Shown here piece after piece: positions 61,894 through 64,000 of a DNA stretch of 64,000 nucleotides. The DNA lies in assembly GCA_965261345.1 (NCBI GenBank), contig OZ253449.1, positions 2,016,001 to 2,080,000 on the forward strand. The letters are read 5' to 3'. A model generated the notes under the pieces. It did not search any database. It was not told the origin of the DNA and saw only the letters and a list, made by a program, of their open reading frames with translations. Origin of the DNA: Chloroflexota bacterium. Its GTDB lineage: Bacteria > Chloroflexota > UBA11872 > VXNJ01. Every line of letters starts with the position of its first letter. The stretch's first letter is position 1. The position numbers and the translations under genes are program-made.

Positions 61894-63288
61894 CTATTTG
61901 CCGACACGTGCGTTTTCGACGTCGATCTGCGAGAGCAGGGACGCCAGTTGTCCAGGATTGGATGCAGCCAGGTCATTTTCCTCGCCCGGATCCTTATCCA
62001 GGTCGAAGAGCTGCGGTTCCAGGCCTAGGCCGGTTTGGCGAATCGCCTTGTAGCGCCCATCAAAAGCGCAGTCCCACTCGTAGCGCTCGGTGGGCACTCC
62101 GGTAATTGAGGAGGACCCGGGGTTGCTGTTGCGCAGGCTGGAAAACACTACCTCGTGATGGCTGCGGGCGGGGTCCTCCAGCACTGGCCGGATTGAACGG
62201 GAGTCCATTTCGGGCAATACCGGGGCGTCGGCGTAGTCGATGAAGGTGGCCGCCAGATCGGTCAGCTGCACCAGCGCTGAGCTCTGCTCGCCGACGGCGA
62301 TGCCGGGTCCGGCCGCCACCAGCGGAACGCCTATGGCCGATTGCCACGGTCTCGACTTTTGCCATTCGTTGTGATCGCCGAGCATCTCGCCGTGGTCGGA
62401 CGTGTAGATAACTACCGTGTTGTCCAGTTCGCCGCGACGGGCGACGGCGGCCAGGATTTCGCCGATACGAGCATCAATGCTCTCAAGCATCGCCGAGTAA
62501 TTCTGTCGGGCACGGTTGTGGAAATCGGCATCGTGCTGGCTAGAGGCCACCGGACCGGGGAATTTCAGACCCTGGCAGGCCTGCCACATCGAATCGGTAA
62601 TGTCCTGCGGTTCGTGCGGACCGGTGAAATTTACCTGCATGAACCAGGGTTTTTGCTGCGGCAAGCCCCGCAGGATGTCAATCGTATTGCGACCGATCCA
62701 GTTGTCGCAATAGGCATAGTCGGGAAGATCGGTCGGAAAGGTTTGACCATACCCATGCCCGTCGGTGTAGTCGCGGCCGCGGCGTTCAAAGTCGTCGGAA
62801 TAGGCTTGGGCCAGCTCATTCTCCTCGAGGAATTTGAAGTACGGCCCCTGTGCACCGTGCGCACGATAGGTCCTTACTCCATCCCATTTGCCTTCGTTGT
62901 CGATTCCCTGGGTAAATCCCCAGTCAGGTAGCAGTCGCGATCCATCCAACCCCCAGCCCGGCGTGTTCTTGTGCAGGTCGAACTTGCCGGTCGCGCAGAC
63001 CTCGTAGCCGGACGAACGCAACTGCTGGTAAAAGGTAGGCAGACTCAACGGATAGTCCTGGTAGTTATCAATTACCCCGCACGAACCATAGGATCGCCCG
63101 GATGCCAGGCCGGCACGCGACGGCGCGCACAGCGGGCAATTTACGATTCCCTGGTCAAACCTGAGGCCGCGCCGTGCCAGACCCGCCACGTTTGGCATTC
63201 GAACCGGCACCGCTTGGTTCCAGGGGGAAAAATCCCAGCGGTGCTGGTCAGGGATCAGCAGCAGGAGGTTGGGACGTAAATCGGGCAT
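61894..63288 (-). CDS. Cys-type sulfatase (tandem paralog)
   Basis: PNLLLLIPDQHR, CAPSR, GPHEP, SDHGE, DPGE. Confidence 0.92.
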   Translation of the reverse strand: MPDLRPNLLLLIPDQHRWDFSPWNQAVPVRMPNVAGLARRGLRFDQGIVNCPLCAPSRAGLASGRSYGSCGVIDNYQDYPLSLPTFYQQLRSSGYEVCATGKFDLHKNTPGWGLDGSRLLPDWGFTQGIDNEGKWDGVRTYRAHGAQGPYFKFLEENELAQAYSDDFERRGRDYTDGHGYGQTFPTDLPDYAYCDNWIGRNTIDILRGLPQQKPWFMQVNFTGPHEPQDITDSMWQACQGLKFPGPVASSQHDADFHNRARQNYSAMLESIDARIGEILAAVARRGELDNTVVIYTSDHGEMLGDHNEWQKSRPWQSAIGVPLVAAGPGIAVGEQSSALVQLTDLAATFIDYADAPVLPEMDSRSIRPVLEDPARSHHEVVFSSLRNSNPGSSSITGVPTERYEWDCAFDGRYKAIRQTGLGLEPQLFDLDKDPGEENDLAASNPGQLASLLSQIDVENARVGK

Positions 63289-63360
63289 GCGGTGGTTCCA
63301 TGATCGAAATTGGAGGTCGCCGACGGCCGCAAAAAGGTTCGGCGCCGCCTAATATTTTGG

Positions 63361-63376
63361 TTGAAAAATTTTTGAA
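63361..63376. promoter_or_regulatory. AT-rich near-palindrome in divergent promoter region (possible operator)
   Basis: TTGAAAAATTTTTGAA, one mismatch from a perfect palindrome. Confidence 0.35.
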
Positions 63377-63498
63377 CTATCAAGGCGGCGGCCCGATTGC
63401 CTGTAAAATCGCCGAGCAACAATCCGCGAATTTGACGCGGCCCGAGTTAATCAATGCAACCTGTCATTCCTTCGCCCAGGCGTAACGCTTGGGGCGTA

Positions 63499-64000
63499 AT
63501 GAAGGCGCTTTTCAATGATGAGGAAGCCCGCAGCGGGTACCTTTTCGTAGCGCCTTCGTTCGTGTTTTTCCTAATTTTTACGCTGGCGCCGATTCTGATT
63601 TCGTTCTATTTGGCATTTTTCCAGTGGAACCCGCTCGACCCATTTGAGCTGGCCAAATTCGTCGGGATCGACAACTTCGTCGAGCTGATTACCAAGGCGG
63701 ACTTCTTGCGGACGATGTGGAACACCTTCGTGTTCGTGGTTGCCTCGGTGGGAATCATGGTCTGCGGGGCACTTGGCACCGCCATCGCCCTCAACCAGGG
63801 CTTACGTGCCGAGTCGCTGCTGCGTGGCCTCTACTACTCGCCGGTGGTTACCTCACTGGTGGCTACGGCGGTGATCTGGCTCTGGATTTTTGACCCCGAG
63901 TTCGGTTTCGTCAACTCCTTTATCGAACTGTTTGGGATTCCCGACCAGCGGTGGGCGTCCGATCCGGTGCTGGCCATGCCGACCGTTATCATCACCTTCG
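63499..64000 (+). CDS. carbohydrate ABC transporter permease (partial)
   Basis: GYLFVAP, FVGIDNF, NT, P.V.S.VA..IW.WIF.P.FG.VN. Confidence 0.88.
   Translation, partial: MKALFNDEEARSGYLFVAPSFVFFLIFTLAPILISFYLAFFQWNPLDPFELAKFVGIDNFVELITKADFLRTMWNTFVFVVASVGIMVCGALGTAIALNQGLRAESLLRGLYYSPVVTSLVATAVIWLWIFDPEFGFVNSFIELFGIPDQRWASDPVLAMPTVIITF

Overview
GC-rich bacterial chromosomal window; Chloroflexota-like by gene style (inference). The flanks carry housekeeping and catabolic genes: larB/larC, eno, dnaE, a DnaQ-GIY-YIG fusion, pabB, ppk2, amtB, tyrS, iolD, a three-gene pnt transhydrogenase, sulfatases and several oxidoreductases, plus tRNA-Cys, tRNA-Phe and tRNA-Val. The middle (about 28-46.5 kb, ending just 3' of tRNA-Val) is a decaying accessory region. 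It holds a frameshifted kinase, an IS1202-like remnant, a nonsense-mutated aroC, an MFS gene split by an inverted-repeat-bounded cassette of two aldo/keto reductase paralogs, and an intact DDE IS inserted into an argE-like remnant. The strongest unexplained signal is at a solo tnpB (intact RuvC triad, one frameshift). A sequence in its 3' ncRNA region matches the promoter/start of the divergent ADP-ribosylglycohydrolase gene at 16/16 nt (24/27 extended), and more weakly matches tnpB's own upstream region. This is a candidate RNA-guided regulatory or atypical mobility system. No CRISPR array, rRNA or prophage was seen.
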